NCBI RefSeq assembly: GCF_008831285.2
Contig: NC_045138.2
Coordinates: 34,720,001 to 34,784,000, forward strand
Length of the DNA stretch: 64,000 nucleotides
Reading direction: 5' to 3'
From: Nymphaea colorata
Taxonomy: Eukaryota
The translations under genes were made by a program, and so were the position numbers. Below are positions 63,658 through 64,000 of this stretch, piece by piece (position 1 is the first letter of the stretch; each line of letters begins with the position of its first letter). Below the pieces are notes generated by a model. That model saw only the letters and a list, made by a program, of their open reading frames with translations. It made no database searches and was not told where the DNA came from.

Positions 63658-63837
63658 CATAAGTGCACAGGTTCTCTATATCCCTGTTGGTTGATTCACA
63701 AATTCAATCAACCTAAGGGCATTCACTTGTTTCTGAGGACCTTTGTGACACAGCTAGCAGTGGAGAAGTAACGAATAACAAGGAGATTCCCGCATAACAC
63801 ATTGCACAGCAAAGTCAGGGACTTCTCCAGTAGGTGG

Positions 63838-63840
<3 letters not shown>

Positions 63841-63917
<77 letters not shown>
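63841..63917. repeat. Compound (TC)n(AC)n microsatellite
   Basis: 60 nt of TC followed by an AC run. Similar SSRs lie near 24181-24246, 37794-37867, 51495-51526 and 57965-58010. Confidence 0.95.
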
Positions 63918-64000
63918 TGTTTGAGATGGAGAAGGGCGTTGTGCCTCTTTTCCGCTCCCCCACAAGTGCACACATGCTGGTCTCTCCTTTTACTCTAGGT

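Noticed and set aside
27..63975. Most remaining short ORFs in the supplied track
   Set aside because: They are antisense or off-frame shadows of real exons, transposon sequence, or microsatellite-driven ORFs.

Overview
Angiosperm nuclear DNA: intron-rich genes, many microsatellites, transposon-laden introns. Five genes could be assembled by hand from splice sites and phase, with family assignments from recalled sequences rather than database searches. They are an organellar DNA polymerase I (minus, 3' end runs off the window), cardiolipin synthase (+, 8 coding exons), an intronless mitochondrial PPR protein resembling PPR336/rPPR1 (+), Derlin-2 (minus, 6 exons) and the 3' half of a BLISTER-like coiled-coil gene (minus, 5' end off window). 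Mobile DNA includes a complete but decayed Ty3/gypsy chromovirus (LTRs, PBS, PPT, 5-bp TSD), LINE and copia remnants, a deleted TRIM-like element, a Tourist MITE and several 8-bp-TSD (hAT-like) non-autonomous elements. Two structures stand out. (1) A 1.25-kb hAT-like element in a polymerase intron has captured the 5' part of a methionine gamma-lyase gene (a Pack-hAT); it has a perfect terminal hairpin and several siblings in the window. (2) An old ~13-kb tandem segmental duplication has reciprocal gene content: copy A holds the CLS leader, CLS and a Derlin 3' pseudogene, while copy B holds an orphaned CLS leader, the PPR gene and intact Derlin. Members of the hAT family sit near the duplication breakpoints.
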